Of a stretch of 64,000 bases of DNA, positions 40,590 through 54,191 are shown piece by piece; the first letter of the stretch is position 1, and each line of letters begins with the position of its first letter. Where the stretch lies: the NCBI RefSeq assembly GCF_006345805.1, contig NC_042997.1:116870001-116934000 (forward strand), given 5' to 3'. Under the pieces are notes generated by a model. It did not search any database and was not told the DNA's origin. It saw only the letters and a list, made by a program, of their open reading frames with translations. Origin of the DNA: Octopus sinensis. Taxonomy: Eukaryota. The translations under genes and the position numbers were made by a program.

Positions 40590-40925
40590 TTCAAACCCAC
40601 TTCTTGACACCTTAGTCCAGTGTCGTCAACTAAAGCTCCGGACTGTCCAATGCCTGGTAAGTGAATTTGGTAGACAAGAACTGTGGTATACATACACACA
40701 GACTCACGCATACATATGTGTGTGTGTGTGTGTTCACCCTCACCACACCGCATGAAAATCGATGTTGGCTTCTTCACATCTCCGTAGCCTATCAGTTCGG
40801 AAAAAGAGAACAGTTGAATAATTTTCTATTTTTTTTTAAAAAGTTGTGAGGATGATTTGTTCGACTGAACGCTTCAACGTTGTGCCCCAGCATGGCCACA
40901 ATCAAATGACTGAAACAAGTAACAC
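40590..40925 (+). mobile_element. SINE family B, diverged
   Basis: gtgaatttggtagac..(TG)n..gtgccccagcatggccacaatcaaatgactgaaacaagtaa. Confidence 0.75.
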
Positions 40926-41698
40926 AAAAAAAGGTAAATATTATTCTGTCTGGAGTATTAAAAAAAACCCAAGACTTGATAATCCGATTGATACCGCATA
41001 AGCTGAACGTGACGTATTTATCAAAGTTCATTCTAACGATATTGTTCAAATTCTCATTCACTTGCAGTTTTGCGGGGAAGTGTACGCACTTGTATCGATC
41101 TCAGTGTTCGACTAGTACTTATTTTTATCTATCGCAGAAGGATGAAAGACAAAGTCGAGCCTATAAGCATTTGCACTCAGAACATAAAGGTAAACATCAA
41201 AATAACGATTTGTCTCTCAATCTGCCGATTCTACCAGTCCACCTCTCTATTCCAACGATATTATTGAAATATATATCCAAGCATTAGTTTGATGACGGAT
41301 ACTCCGAAATGTTCAGTGATATTTGTAGATTATGCTACAGCTACCTGAAATTTACTAAAAATAGTGAGTTATGAGCAAAATAATTTGAATACTTCAAATC
41401 TTGTCTGTTTAAAATATTTTCAGAGCAGATATATAATTTCTGATTTTTTCTTCAGTTTTTTTTTTTTTGTTCTATGTCATTTTGATATTTCCAGCGAAGG
41501 ATAATTTGAGTATTGTGACGATGGGAACTTTTCTAATGGCATTACAAAATGTCACACAGATATTGAAGCGATTCCTGTGGGGAATTATAACACAACGAAC
41601 ATTACTATCCTATTTTCATTAGAAATAATCTAAATACTACTTAGCAATGACATTATTCTTTAATGGATATGACTACGTGTGTACGTACGTATGCATCT

Positions 41699-41748
<50 letters not shown>

Positions 41749-41843
41749 GGTAGGATAACAAAAGAAAGAAAGAGACCTCGATATTATGTAAAATAGAGGA
41801 ATTTATCTGTAAATGTAATATGAGACAATTTTTCGGTAGCCAT

Positions 41844-41904
41844 GATAAAACTCCGAGTTTCGGATGCTGAGGTGGAAGTCCACGCCGCCATCTCTTCAGA
41901 TATC
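41844..41904 (-). ncRNA. Type-I hammerhead ribozyme motif with long stem II, in a short element adjoining (TA)n (~41745-41920)
   Basis: GAUAU CUGAAGA GAUG..GUGGA-CU-UCCAC..CAUC C GAAA CUC-G-GAG U U UUAUC. Confidence 0.6.
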
Positions 41905-41919
41905 CGGCCATCGGAAGAT

Positions 41920-42144
41920 GACCGGGCGTTGTGAGTGTGTAGTGAGCGAAAACACCTAAAACTCTACGAGGCTGCGGCAGGGGGCGGTGGCAATCCCCGC
42001 TGTACTCTTTCGCCACAACTTTCTCTCACTCTTTCTTCTGTTGGCCTGCTTGGTGGTGTTATTTGAAGGCTAAAACAATGCAAAGCGCATTGTGACCAGC
42101 GATGTGAAGCAACACCTGATACCTGATAGCCTGGTGATCACGGT

Positions 42145-42145
<1 letters not shown>
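41920..42145 (+). mobile_element. SINE family C, 5'-truncated
   Basis: gaccgggcgttgtgagtg..ctgatagcctggt matches the 22301 copy. Confidence 0.85.
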
Positions 42146-42184
<39 letters not shown>

Positions 42185-42197
42185 CACGTGTGTGTGT

Positions 42198-42592
42198 ATT
42201 CTTTTATTTGTTTAATTGTTTCAGTCGTTAGACTCCAGCCACACTGGAGTACTGCCTTGAGTCGAACAAATCGTCGCAAATACTTATGTAGGCCTAGTAC
42301 TTATTCTGCCGTTCTAACCGACATCGGTTGTTAAGTCGTTGTGGGGGACAAACACATAGACACACACACACATGCGTGCGCAGGTAGACACACATATACA
42401 CACGCACACATACAATCACACACGCTATATGACGAGCTTTTATCAGTTTCCGTTTACCAAATCTGCTTACAAGGTTTTGGTCAGTCGGGGTTATAGAAAA
42501 AGATACTTTCCCAATGTTTCACTCTGCAGGACTGAATCTGGAACCATGTGATTGGTAAGTAAGTTTCATACCAGGCAGTCACGCCCACGCCT
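42198..42592 (-). mobile_element. SINE family B, diverged
   Basis: Reverse-complement match to family B. Confidence 0.8.
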
Positions 42593-43289
42593 AACACATA
42601 AAAATGTCCACACATGATTTATAAGTTTGCTCACACTCATACATACCTTTGATGGTTAAACCTATATATGTTATAGTTCGAGACAAAATTAGAGATTTGA
42701 AATTGAATTCAAGGAACAGCAAAGAAAGAGTTGCATGGAATTCATATATTCAAGAATACTTATCCAATGCAAAATTCTTCAAATTTCTTATCATTGGCAA
42801 TTATGTTTTCTACAATCTCATTCTCTCCAGAGAACGCAACAGAACATCACCTGCGTCTTATTATTTGAATATTTTAAGAGGAGGGACATTTCATTAAAGA
42901 TTGAAAAGATTATAGTCTTGAGGAATTCATGGAATGTTTATTTTTCTTTGTATGACGTTAGTAGATTAGGAACCGAAAAGATAGAAATAAAGTTCTTAGC
43001 GTTGAGATACGGAATAATAACTGCTTCCAAGAAATTCTACCTTGTAAAAATGTCATTAAGGGACCAAGATTTAAAATTTTCCGAACAAATAAATTTACAA
43101 GCCGTTTTCTGATGTTTTCTTTGCGGAAAAGACATTCGTTTCAAGATTTATTTTGTGGTATTCCGTCATTTGTGTGGTACAAAAGACATCTTTTCATAAA
43201 CGCACATGCCTTAAGTGTCGGTGAAAGTTTAAAATGGATTTGCATACGCACACAAATACATACACACATTTTACTTTATGATATTTATG

Positions 43290-43299
43290 TATATATACA

Positions 43300-43340
<41 letters not shown>

Positions 43341-43476
43341 GTGTATATACATATATGTAAAAATGTGTGTATATATATGTATGTGTATATATATGTATAT
43401 ATATGTGTGTATATATGTGTATATATGTGATATATATATGTGTGTGTGTATATATGTGTGTGTTAATGTGTGTGTG

Positions 43477-43525
<49 letters not shown>

Positions 43526-43640
43526 ATGTATATATATATGTGTGTGTGTGTATGTATATATATATGTGTGTGTGTGTATGTATATATATGTGTGTATGTA
43601 TGTATGTATGTATGTATGTATGTACACACACACACATACT
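43290..43640. repeat. (TA)n/(TG)n compound microsatellite
   Basis: Direct inspection. Confidence 0.95.
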
Positions 43641-44784
43641 TTCCACCACCGCCGTGAGAGCTACATCGTTTGTAGAATGATTGCCCAAACCACCTTAACA
43701 TTAGATTCAGGATTCACCTAAGGCTCGGGTCACTTGCCATACGTATCCCCCATAATTCAGGATCACACCACACAAATTCACTGTAAAACAATTTCTTTTC
43801 CTCAACAAGCCCTGCTCTATTTAACATTGTCCTAAAACAAATCAAAACAAAAAATCTCATCACCTTCAAACAAAACCTGAACAAATTTCTTGTATGGGCC
43901 ATGATACCATAAAACTTGACATATAATTAACTTAGCAGATCTTACCAGGTGGTTCTATAAAGTAAGATACGGCCTCTGCCAGTCACTGGCCGAAACATAT
44001 CTAAGTGTGCAATCGCTTTGTATTTATAATTTTACCTTTTATGGTGCTTTATTCTTTCTGGATCGTAATATTATTTTTAATAATATTTATATCTCTTGCA
44101 TATCTTTTCATTGATCTTGGTTCCAATATTTACTGAGGCTTTCAGCCGAGTAAAGAAGCGAAGATGTAGTGATGATTTTAAAAGTTCGGTCGCTAACGGT
44201 AGATTCAACTGAAGGTGACCAGTCAGATTCGCACCTATGCAAGTGATCCGAAAAGTCTGAAACTGTAGTATTGAATTATCTTTCATTCTTCTAATGGTCT
44301 CCGTAGAGGTAAGACAGATTTTCCTCTATTCTCCGCCCGCAAATATCTCCATGAAGCTCTATATAGCGCTGATAACTTACGGGCTGTTATTTCTAGCAAT
44401 GGTTGTACCTCGTGTACATTCACTTTGTGTACACACACACACACACGAAAAAAAATTCTTTTGTAGCTGTTCCGCAGATATCTTTTGCCGTAATTAACAA
44501 TTATATTTTGCGTCGATGTAGATTTTTTGAGGGATGTTGCTGATATTTAAAAAGAGAATGTTTGATTTGTATCAGATTATTTACAATTTGTCTTCGTTGT
44601 TTATTGTTGCCATCTTGAAAAGCACCGGCATTTCTAAACAGTATACACTCGTAGCCTACATCTGAAGCAAGAAGAACAACGCATAAAATAATCCTTAATT
44701 GTACCGAAAATACAAGCAAAAAAAACTATTTCTGATTATAAACAAACTGGCTGCAACACCGCCTAACAGAAATCTACTTCCGCA

Positions 44785-45200
44785 AGGCGGCGGGCTGGTA
44801 GAAACGCTAGCACGCCGGGCGAAATGCTTAGCGGTTTTTCGTCTGCCGTTACGTTCTGAGTTCAAATTCTACCGAGATTGACTTTGCCTGTCATCCTTTC
44901 GGGGTCGATAAATTAAGTACCAGTTACGCACTGGGGTCGATGTAATCGACTTAATTCGTTTGTCTGTCCTTGTTTGTCCTCTCTATATTTAGCCCCTTGT
45001 GGGTAGTAAAGAAATAGGTATTTTGTCTGCCGTTACGTTCTGAGTTCAAATTCTGCCGAGGTCGACTTTGCCTTTCATCCTTTCGAGGTCGATGAATTAA
45101 GTACCAGTTACGCACTGGGGTCGATGTAATCGACTTAATCCGTATGTCTGTCTTTGTTTCTCCCCTCTATGTTTAGCCCCCTTGTGGGCAATAAAGAAAT
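44785..45200 (+). mobile_element. SINE family A with tandemly duplicated 3' ~185 bp and 14-bp TSD
   Basis: Second unit starts ~45017. TSD aatctacttccgca / aatatacttccgca at 44771-44784 and 45201-45214. Confidence 0.9.
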
Positions 45201-45519
45201 AATATACTTCCGCAGCCGCCAAACAAAGAAACGACAGCTAGAACTTAAGGTGAGAGTAGCAAGCTATTATCAAATACCTCACAGCCACCCATAATGAGCT
45301 CAGTATTTACCAAATTTTTAGTAGAATAATTAAAGAAAATTATTTAAATATTATTAAAGATTAAAATTTTATTGGCCATCGACTTTTTTAATACTTTTTA
45401 ATTGCACTATAAAATTAATTATACCAAAATCTAAATTAATGAATAATAAATTATCTAAATCTACAGCAAGATAAAAGTAAATAATCTGCTTCAAGGAGAT
45501 TAAAATAATTGACCGGTGA

Positions 45520-46054
45520 CTATTTATTTTACAATAGCTATGGTACACCTTATTGTAAAGCTAAAACCATGATAACGTTGGAGGACCTTCAGAATCGATA
45601 AATAGAACGTGAAAGGTTTTTTTTTCCGATGGAATACCTCCGTTCGTTAATGCTTTCGTCATTGAATGCATTCATTCTTTGTTGTTATCTGATAAAAGTA
45701 AACTCCTTAAGTTTTTAAATCATGCTTTCGAATTTCATACTGATAAGGAAAATATCAATGAGGATAATGTCACTGAATTTCCATTAAAAAGAAAGTGGCA
45801 CTCATGCTAGAATGATATGCTCCCACTTAGATGAATGCCTGTATAGAAACCAGTTTGACGTATCTGTAACACCATTATAGAACTTAGAGATCTTACTAAA
45901 TCGTATCAGTCAGCAATATCTTGCATAGTAAAATATCAGTAAATATTCAAGAAAGTAAATATTGGATAATGAAAATATTAGGACTTCATTTCTAAGTCCT
46001 TTTGTAAAATTTCAAGAATTATGTTGTTTTGATTTTATAGAAAACTCATACATT

Positions 46055-46116
<62 letters not shown>

Positions 46117-46265
46117 GCGTATTTGCTAAAAATTCTTTTTTCAACTAACGCCCATATATATAAGGTAAGAATTTACTAAAAAAATTATTCATGACTAATC
46201 CCTTAAAGGGATGAAAATGCGAAACAAATAGTTCCTATCCAAATCTTGACTACCTTCTTTTTCTT

Positions 46266-46317
<52 letters not shown>

Positions 46318-47500
46318 GTTAGGTGTTTCTAACGTCCTTAGTCATATTTAATGACAATTATAGTTTTCCAATTTGGTAAAACATTACACACCGCTGCCTA
46401 TATATATGTATACATATATTTAGAGAGATAGATAAATTATTTGACATATAGAGTTATGCTTTCTATTAAGGAGTAAGTAACCAATGTGTTTATTGGGTGA
46501 CAAAACTTCAAATGGAAAATGAAACCTCCAGGAAGGCTTGCTTAATCAGATAAAGTAAACATATGTAGGCCGCATTCAGGAGTTAAAAGTAAATATGAAA
46601 ACCTATCCGCAAACAATAAGCTGTTTCTGAAACAAGTTAACCAACTCGAGTAATGATTATTTGTCTCTTTCACAATTTCAAAATTAATCGTCAACTGTGA
46701 ACAACCAAATACTCTTAGTGAGGCTTTAGTCTTATCAGCCGTAAATAAATTTAAAATAGTAAAATGGGCCTTGGTAAATATAATGTAACACTATTAAATC
46801 CTTCGGTTATATTAGGTTGTCCCAAAAGTTCGTAAACACTTGCGAAAATTGAATTTTTACTCGCCAAGTACTAACAAAAACAACAAAAATTATTCCTCAA
46901 AATAAAGACCATTATTTTCCATTTTGGGACAACCTTATAGTTCATTATGATCAATTATTCACAAAATAGTATATGTTATTGAACAAAAAATATTATATGA
47001 AAATTGGAGAATTTTCGTTTCAACTCACCAAGTGATAATGAACCTCTGTTAATGACACACGCAAGTCAGTCACGCGGGGCCCGTCTCCAATATTTTTTTT
47101 TGTTGCAGTATAGCAAGAACTCTATCATTAAATGAGAAATATGTTTTATTAGACCGAGGTGTATGGTACAAGATTTGGTTGCTAATGTTTTCTTTTCCCT
47201 GTGTTCCTTCCCAATAAGTTAATTATTAAATGCTTTAGATTTACACCTCAAGAGATTGAATCAACAAACAGTTTTAACCAAAATATTTCACTGTCTTATA
47301 TTGCTCTTGTCTACTGTCGTAGCATCGATTACTTTATCTTTTTGTTATTGTCTTATACATATTATAATTCTGATAATGTCTTGTGAAAAATATTGTCGTC
47401 TTCAGGCACAGCAATACATCAATCAGAAATTGTGTTTTGTTTGCTTCCGACAAACAGCAAATCAAAAACAAAAAATACAACTCGTTTGTTTTTCGAACTT
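45520..47500 (+). pseudogene. Putative decayed TLR (LRR pieces, TM segment, TIR box-1-like)
   Basis: ENLSANNKLFL (~46597-46630), hydrophobic ISLSYIALVYCRSIDYFIFLLLSYTYY (ORF 47201-47386), then KYNSFVF (~47473-47493; YDAFVSY-like). Confidence 0.35.
46812..46937. mobile_element. mariner-type MITE
   Basis: TIRs ttaggttgtcccaaaa / ttttgggacaacctta with TA flanks. Confidence 0.8.
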
Positions 47501-47724
47501 TCTGGAAGCTATTGACAAGGCGGAGAACAGAGAAGTAAAAACCTAAGACGCATAACAGCTTCTCTATATTTGTTTGTGTATACATATATACACTCATTCA
47601 TTTTTGTTTTTATGTTTGTATATGTATGATATATATTTATGATATATATTTACATACATGCTTACATATATAAATATATATACATACATGATATATATTT
47701 ATGTATATATGTGTTATGAAATTA

Positions 47725-47773
<49 letters not shown>

Positions 47774-47964
47774 TAATATAAAATCACGCGTGTGGATAAG
47801 CAAATGGAAAATATTTTAGCAAATACATGCAATAGAATTTATTGAATATTCAAAGCTGAGGATTCACTCCTTCAATCGATAGAAAGGGTTCTTGTTATGT
47901 GCCATCCTTCGGGTGACAAAGTTATGAAGAGATTACATAGCACAGAAGGTATATATATATATAA

Positions 47965-48590
47965 TGATGGTCCTTTGGAGGGCATACATCCTCAGCCACT
48001 TGGACTACTACTCCCAACTATGGTCACTAGACAATATAAAATTAACGCCGGAACTCGAAGCAATAAAAAAAAAGCTACACAAAGAAAATCCTCTCGATGC
48101 AACATATCAGCTACTGTGAAAGACAGAAAGAACTAAAACTCTTTTCCTGAGAATGAAGTCGGGTAACATGTGCAGTGATACAAATCTGGAAAATTTTGGA
48201 AGGACTTGTACCAAACTTTGGCATTGAAAGTTACGCAAACAACAGAACGAGGTGCTGCTGCATAGTGCCAAATATTCCAGCATCTCCATCAAAATACAGG
48301 ACTAGGTACTGCAACAGCGTGGGTTTCAAGGACCCACAACTGTTCAATATCCTTCCAAAATACATGAGAGACATGCATGGTGTGGATGTGGGTGCCTTTA
48401 AAACAGAACTGGATTTACTCCTGTTACGGGTTCCCAATGAGCCTGCGTCACGGCAGGGAATACAGTTAGGGCAGCGGCATCAAACTTCTTCGTTCACAAA
48501 ATGCCACATATCAAAGGAGGTTTCAAATAAAGGTGTGGCACAGTGAACGGTGGTGCCCCAGCATGACCACAACTTTGAAGTTGAACAATT
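47965..48590 (+). mobile_element. CR1/L2-group LINE 3' fragment
   Basis: MMVLWRAYILSH..DYYSQLWS, IWKILEGLVPNFGIESY..PQLFNILPK and the 3' UTR ggtgccccagcatgaccac. Confidence 0.9.
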
Positions 48591-48613
48591 TGAAAATTTA
48601 TATATATATATAT

Positions 48614-48649
<36 letters not shown>

Positions 48650-48656
<7 letters not shown>

Positions 48657-49110
48657 TGCTCGATATTGCATTATGTTAGAAGTGTGTCGGGCACTACAAA
48701 TGTTAATAATTCGATAAACAATAAGGCATCGCAGTTCTGTCCTTGCAGGTGACTGTACATGCCAGCCGATTTGAATAGATTGCTGGTTTGAGTGAAGCTT
48801 GAAATTCGCAAGGAGATATTTAGGCACTGGTCAGCACATTGAAAGGAGCTAATTTTTTTCTTTTATATGTATTTATGAATAGAGAGGACTGCAGATGATA
48901 CGATTAAAATGGAAGAAGGAAGTGTGCCGCTGAAACTAAAGTCTTTATCAAACACAATATCAACTGCGTAAAGTTGAAACTTTGTATTCTTGACTGATGT
49001 CTTCACCGCTGTTACACCAACAAGCCAAAGGCTCACAGAGGATCGTCCTAAAACTCGCTTATAGCAGTATACTAGCTGGTTCCATAATGACCGCTTTAAA
49101 TACACAAGAG
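48650..49110 (-). pseudogene. Putative TLR relic (last LRR, LRR-CT, TM-like)
   Basis: YLKRSLWNQL.. (ORF 48863-49105), followed by PKYLLANFKL..IQIG..CLIVYRII. Confidence 0.3.
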
Positions 49111-50257
49111 CACCATAAAATCTAGAGATAGACGTAAGCCTTCCAGCAGGTTAGAGTTAGTTGCATAAGGTTCGAGAATTTTCGAAAGGGTAAAACATAT
49201 AGTGTCTGCCTCACATGAAAATCCCGATATCAGCTACCATCCTACTCCTAGCTTAAACAAAAAGGATGAATAAATTGCCGGCACATACATAAACTCTTTC
49301 TTGAAAATTCCAAAGAAAACCTGCATCTCCTGTTGCGTGACAGACGGACGCCACTTAAGGATATTAATTTCAACCCCACTGATACGTACGATCGACAGAC
49401 TGAACGAAACCGTGCTTCGAGATGCAATCTGTTTATTTCCCGTAAATTGACACATACATATATGTGCACAGTATATGTATTACGTGTGTGTGCATGGGTG
49501 TATTTCGAAACGTGAAGGTTTCGCACAGTTTGTCAAGGTTGTGATGGTAGATGATCGATAGAGTGACGACGATAAAACAAGGTATGTTTGTAGACGCTTG
49601 ACCAGATGTCGAGCACAGAAAGTGACGTCGGAATAAAAGAAATCAATTGTAAATGTGTACCTGCTCATATCATGATAAATAGTTAATAGATCGCATCAAT
49701 AATTAGTCATATCTTCAGGGATTGTTGTAATGAGTAACGAAAAATACGGATGTAGATAATTGTATGATATAAGAAGATCAAGCTTATAGACACCGGAAGC
49801 TGATATATTACAACAATCTTTATGTGAGGTTTCAAATTATATCTACACTTGTACCAAAACTTAAACACAGTGAAGGGAATTGGAAAGCGTAAGCAGTTTA
49901 ATGTTTTAAGAAATTCATTTCTAGGAATCTGAGTTCATATTTTGCTGCAAAATTGTTCAAAAATTTACACACACAAAACAATGGTTAATTTTGGGTGAAT
50001 ATTTTCGAAAGGTGCCAACATTTCTACTCCCAATACCTTTTCAAATTGATAATTGTTACCAATGTAAGTACAAGACCAGTCATTTCTAGAAGAGGCTACT
50101 CAATTACATTGACAATATTATTACACTGGTGTTTTATCTTATGAACCCCCGAAGATGACCTCGCTAAGATTTGAACCTAAAATGTATCACGAAGTATTTT
50201 ACCGATGGTCTAATGATACTTCAATCTCACTACCATCTTCAAAGTAATATGTAATAT

Positions 50258-50490
50258 CTATTTCTTTACTACCCAAAAGGGACTAAACACAGAGAGGACA
50301 AACAAGGACAGACAAACGGATTAAGTCGATTATATGGACCCCAGTGCGTAACTGGTACTTATTTAATCGACCCCGAAAGGATGAAAGGCAAAGTCGACCC
50401 TGGCGGAATTTGAACTCAGAACGTAACGGCAGACAACATACCACTCTAGCATTTCGCCCGGCGTGCTAATGATTCTGCCAGCTCGCCGCC
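50258..50490 (-). mobile_element. SINE family A, full length, 16-bp TSD, nested in older SINE pieces
   Basis: caaagtaatatgtaat at 50240-50255 and 50514-50529. Confidence 0.9.
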
Positions 50491-51212
50491 TTTGGTATCA
50501 TTACAAATTACTACAAAGTAATATGTAATGATACCATCGACCTCAGTACTTGACTGGTATACCCGAGAATGATGAAAAGCAGATTTGAACCCATCATCTG
50601 CTCAGAATGTAAAGGCCTGGAAGAAATGCCATAAAATATTTTTCCGGCGCTCCACCGCTCTCGCCAGGTCACTGTATTCTTCAAACCTAATAAAAGTAAA
50701 GGCAATAGTTATTCACTAACCAACCACTAAAGCTCCTTTTTATTATATTTTATATTCTGTGGATAGTTCAATATCATTCAAGCATGACAATGCTAGGATG
50801 ATCGAATGGTGATAAAAGAGATATATGGATATTTAAAGGTTGACGTAAATTGAAATTGCTACTGTTCGGTATGTGTTTTTGTTGTTAGGGTAAAGCTGTC
50901 GTTATAGATGAGGTTTAACCCTCAGATCAGTCCTGGTGCAGCGCCTTATGATCAAAGGCTTTCCAACAATGAGCAACCCGACTGACGTCTTCATTATTAA
51001 TTGTAGACATTTAAGAGAGTAATGTATAACTTAAGTAGATATGGGTGCTATTTGTAACAAACAGAATTACCACTTAGAAACACTCTGAAGTAATTGAGAG
51101 GTAGGTGAAGCGGATATCATAAGATAAGGGTTTTGATTTAAGATTAATGTCTTTTAAAATAGTTCATCGCTGGTGCGACTCCTTTCTACACCGATCGAAC
51201 ATTCATACAAGC

Positions 51213-51214
<2 letters not shown>

Positions 51215-51255
<41 letters not shown>

Positions 51256-51332
51256 AAGATACAAAGATACAAACATATATATACATACATATACATACAC
51301 AAAGATACAAGCATATATGTATATATACATAC

Positions 51333-51401
<69 letters not shown>
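51215..51401. repeat. (TA)n compound microsatellite
   Basis: Direct inspection. Confidence 0.95.
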
Positions 51402-51403
<2 letters not shown>

Positions 51404-52379
51404 CGATAGATAGGTACCATTCTCTTTAGCAAAGAGTTTCTTTCACTAAGTGAAAGGAAAATCATATTTCCCATTAAGGACGTTACATTTAATAAAGAAT
51501 TTTCATAAATATTACTCTGTATGTATATTCATATATATATAATATATATAATGTGTGTATGTGTAAATACTATATTTGTTTAATAAACATACATTTCGTG
51601 TAGCCTAGAATATATAAAAAGTGGATATAATTACCATATATATATATATATTATATATATATATTATATATATATATACACATTTTATACTTGTTATTAA
51701 ATCTTTCCTGTTAACCTTGTTCCTTTAGGCCAGTAGTAGTAATGTACCATTCATAGAAAAATAAAGTTTTTTTTTTCTTTTTACTTCAGAACTTGAAAGT
51801 TGAGAAAAGTGGTCACTAGAGAGTAAAAAAAAAATACGAAACAAGTCAGATGATATTTCAATCTCGGTTGAAGAACCGCTAGCTGACATCATTTAGCTTT
51901 ATGAAACATATTGAATCTGATTTTCCTATACCTCACAGAAATGCCTCTTCTGACACACACGTGCACGCACGCACGCACGCACGCACACACAGACACACAC
52001 ACACACACACACACATAAGTTCAGCAAATTTTAGATTCAGATGAATATGGTACTTAAGTTAAAGGCTTCAGAATTTGGTATGGCATTATCCATATAAATC
52101 AAATTCGGGTGATTATAATCAAAATAAGCAACAAGGATATCCAAGGTAGTGTAGTACAATCGTTTCATGCTACTTCATTTTATTAAACACTGTAAGTATT
52201 ACATCAGTTTTAAAATGTCGAGCAATCTTCAGCCACATATAGAGTTTTTTAATTAAACGGCCAGTGCACATTCTTATATACTTATTTCATTTGCCAACAT
52301 TACAAAGGGGGTAGATATATAGACAGAGAGGTTAATTTCATCATTAAGAACATGGTGGTAGTATGTCCTTCTCCATCTG

Positions 52380-52417
<38 letters not shown>

Positions 52418-52680
52418 CAGGCGCGTGGCCTTGTAGTTAACGTATTGTACACACAAGCGCTAGATCGTTGGTCCGATTCCTAGATCGGGAGGTTCGTTGT
52501 GTTCATGAGCAAAACACATTATTTCACCTTGCTCCAGTCACAGTTTTAATCAAAGGGGAATGTTATCCTCTTCACCTGGCCAACGGGTGGCATCATTCGA
52601 AGACAAAGGTGATGCAAAGAACAGTGTGACTAGAGATCAGCAACAACATCAGATATTCTGCGCGGTTAACTGATGACGTG
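52418..52680 (+). mobile_element. SINE family C-related, diverged
   Basis: ggcgcgtggccttgtagttaa..cgattcctagatcggg; tail gtgtgactagagatcagcaacaacatcagata. Confidence 0.7.
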
Positions 52681-52681
52681 A

Positions 52682-52774
<93 letters not shown>

Positions 52775-52943
52775 GGCAGAGGCGTGGCTGTGCGATGAGA
52801 AGCTTGCTTCCCAGCCACATGGTTCCTGGTTCAGTCCCACCGAGTGGCACTTTGGGCAGCTGTCTTCTACTATAGCCTCGGGCCGACCAAAGTCTTGTGA
52901 GTGGATTTAGTAGGCGGAAACTGAAAGAAACCCGTCGTAAATA

Positions 52944-54095
52944 TCATAATAATACTAAAACTCTAAAAGATGTTTGTTTGTTCCCGATATTTCAAAGAAA
53001 TATATTTTATATTAATTTTTTACATGTATATTTTTTCATACGTACTTTATGCAGTACAGTATGAGGATTCGTGATATTTGGACCTCTATTTATTAATGAA
53101 AACAATGAAACACAATTTGTGTTTGTTATTCCCTGACGAAAAAAACATGGCTTCCGTGATGTCAACGCACATATACAGAAAACACACACATGCATATAAT
53201 GCATGTAAAAGCGTGTGAATCCGCACAAACACACGTACGCTATATGTGACATATACACACATATAGTCTTCGCCCTCTCTCTTTCTCTCTCTATCATTCT
53301 CTAACGAAAAAAACGTCGACTTTTTGACATACACATACACTGACATAGAGAAATATCTTTTTTGCGGATATTACTTATCGTTTCATTTTAGATTTTATTC
53401 TATTTCATACATCTGACATTTGTAATCTCTTTGTTGTTTTGATTTAATTTTCTCAATATAACATTACATACAAAAATAAGCACTGATCAATTATGCCGCG
53501 TGGAAAGAAACGAAGGTCATCGTGATCAAGAGATGATGCCAAAGGGCGTCAGGAAGCAACAAGGGCAAGGAGACAAAAGGAAACGTTTGAGATGACGGCA
53601 GAACGACTGACATTGTTATGATTCCTAGAATTAAACTTAATACATCAGAAGGTGAATATATACTTATTTAGCGAGACCAGCTCCCGATACAGTCAGGTTT
53701 TGCAATTACAATACATAAAGTACAAGGACAGACCATGCAGAGTATCGTGAAAACCCAATATTCCTGCATAGTTAGCTGTATGTGGCTTTAAGCCGGGGAA
53801 TAGGGAATGAAAATGTTAAAGTATTCTTGAAGGAATGCAGTTCTACCAGAAATGTTGTAAAAAGTGTTTTCCTTTAAATAGCCAAGAGGTAAATTTGTCT
53901 CTATTCTTTATTGCAGAAAATATTATCAATATCCTTGCAGACAATGTACTCACAATTTTCTTCAGGCATTAAATTGATTACTATTGTTTGGATAGTTCTA
54001 ATTGAATAAGTCCAGAAGTTAGCTTAAATATATATATACATGCATAAGTACCATGAATTCCCATTCTGCAAACAAGCGGGCAAACAATTCCGTAA
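52944..54095 (+). mobile_element. Internally deleted Helitron (N-terminus fused to PIF1 helicase C-terminus)
   Basis: A|TC start and MPRGKKRRS.. (~53493). 53615-53877 reads IPRIKL..RDQLPIQSGFAITIHKVQGQT..PIFLHS*LYVALSR..TRNVV (PIF1 motifs V/VI). The 3' end is approximate. Confidence 0.8.
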
Positions 54096-54191
54096 ATATT
54101 TTACCGGAAACGAAGAGTAGGAAGTCTAAAAATTGATATCAATCAATAAACAACATATTAAAAAAAAATCCGAAGATTTAAAAATTATATT

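Noticed and set aside
51420-51470. Two adjacent hairpins joined by GAAA on the minus strand
   Set aside because: No N3-UGA-N-N8-A core, no U16.1 and no stem I, so not callable as a hammerhead.
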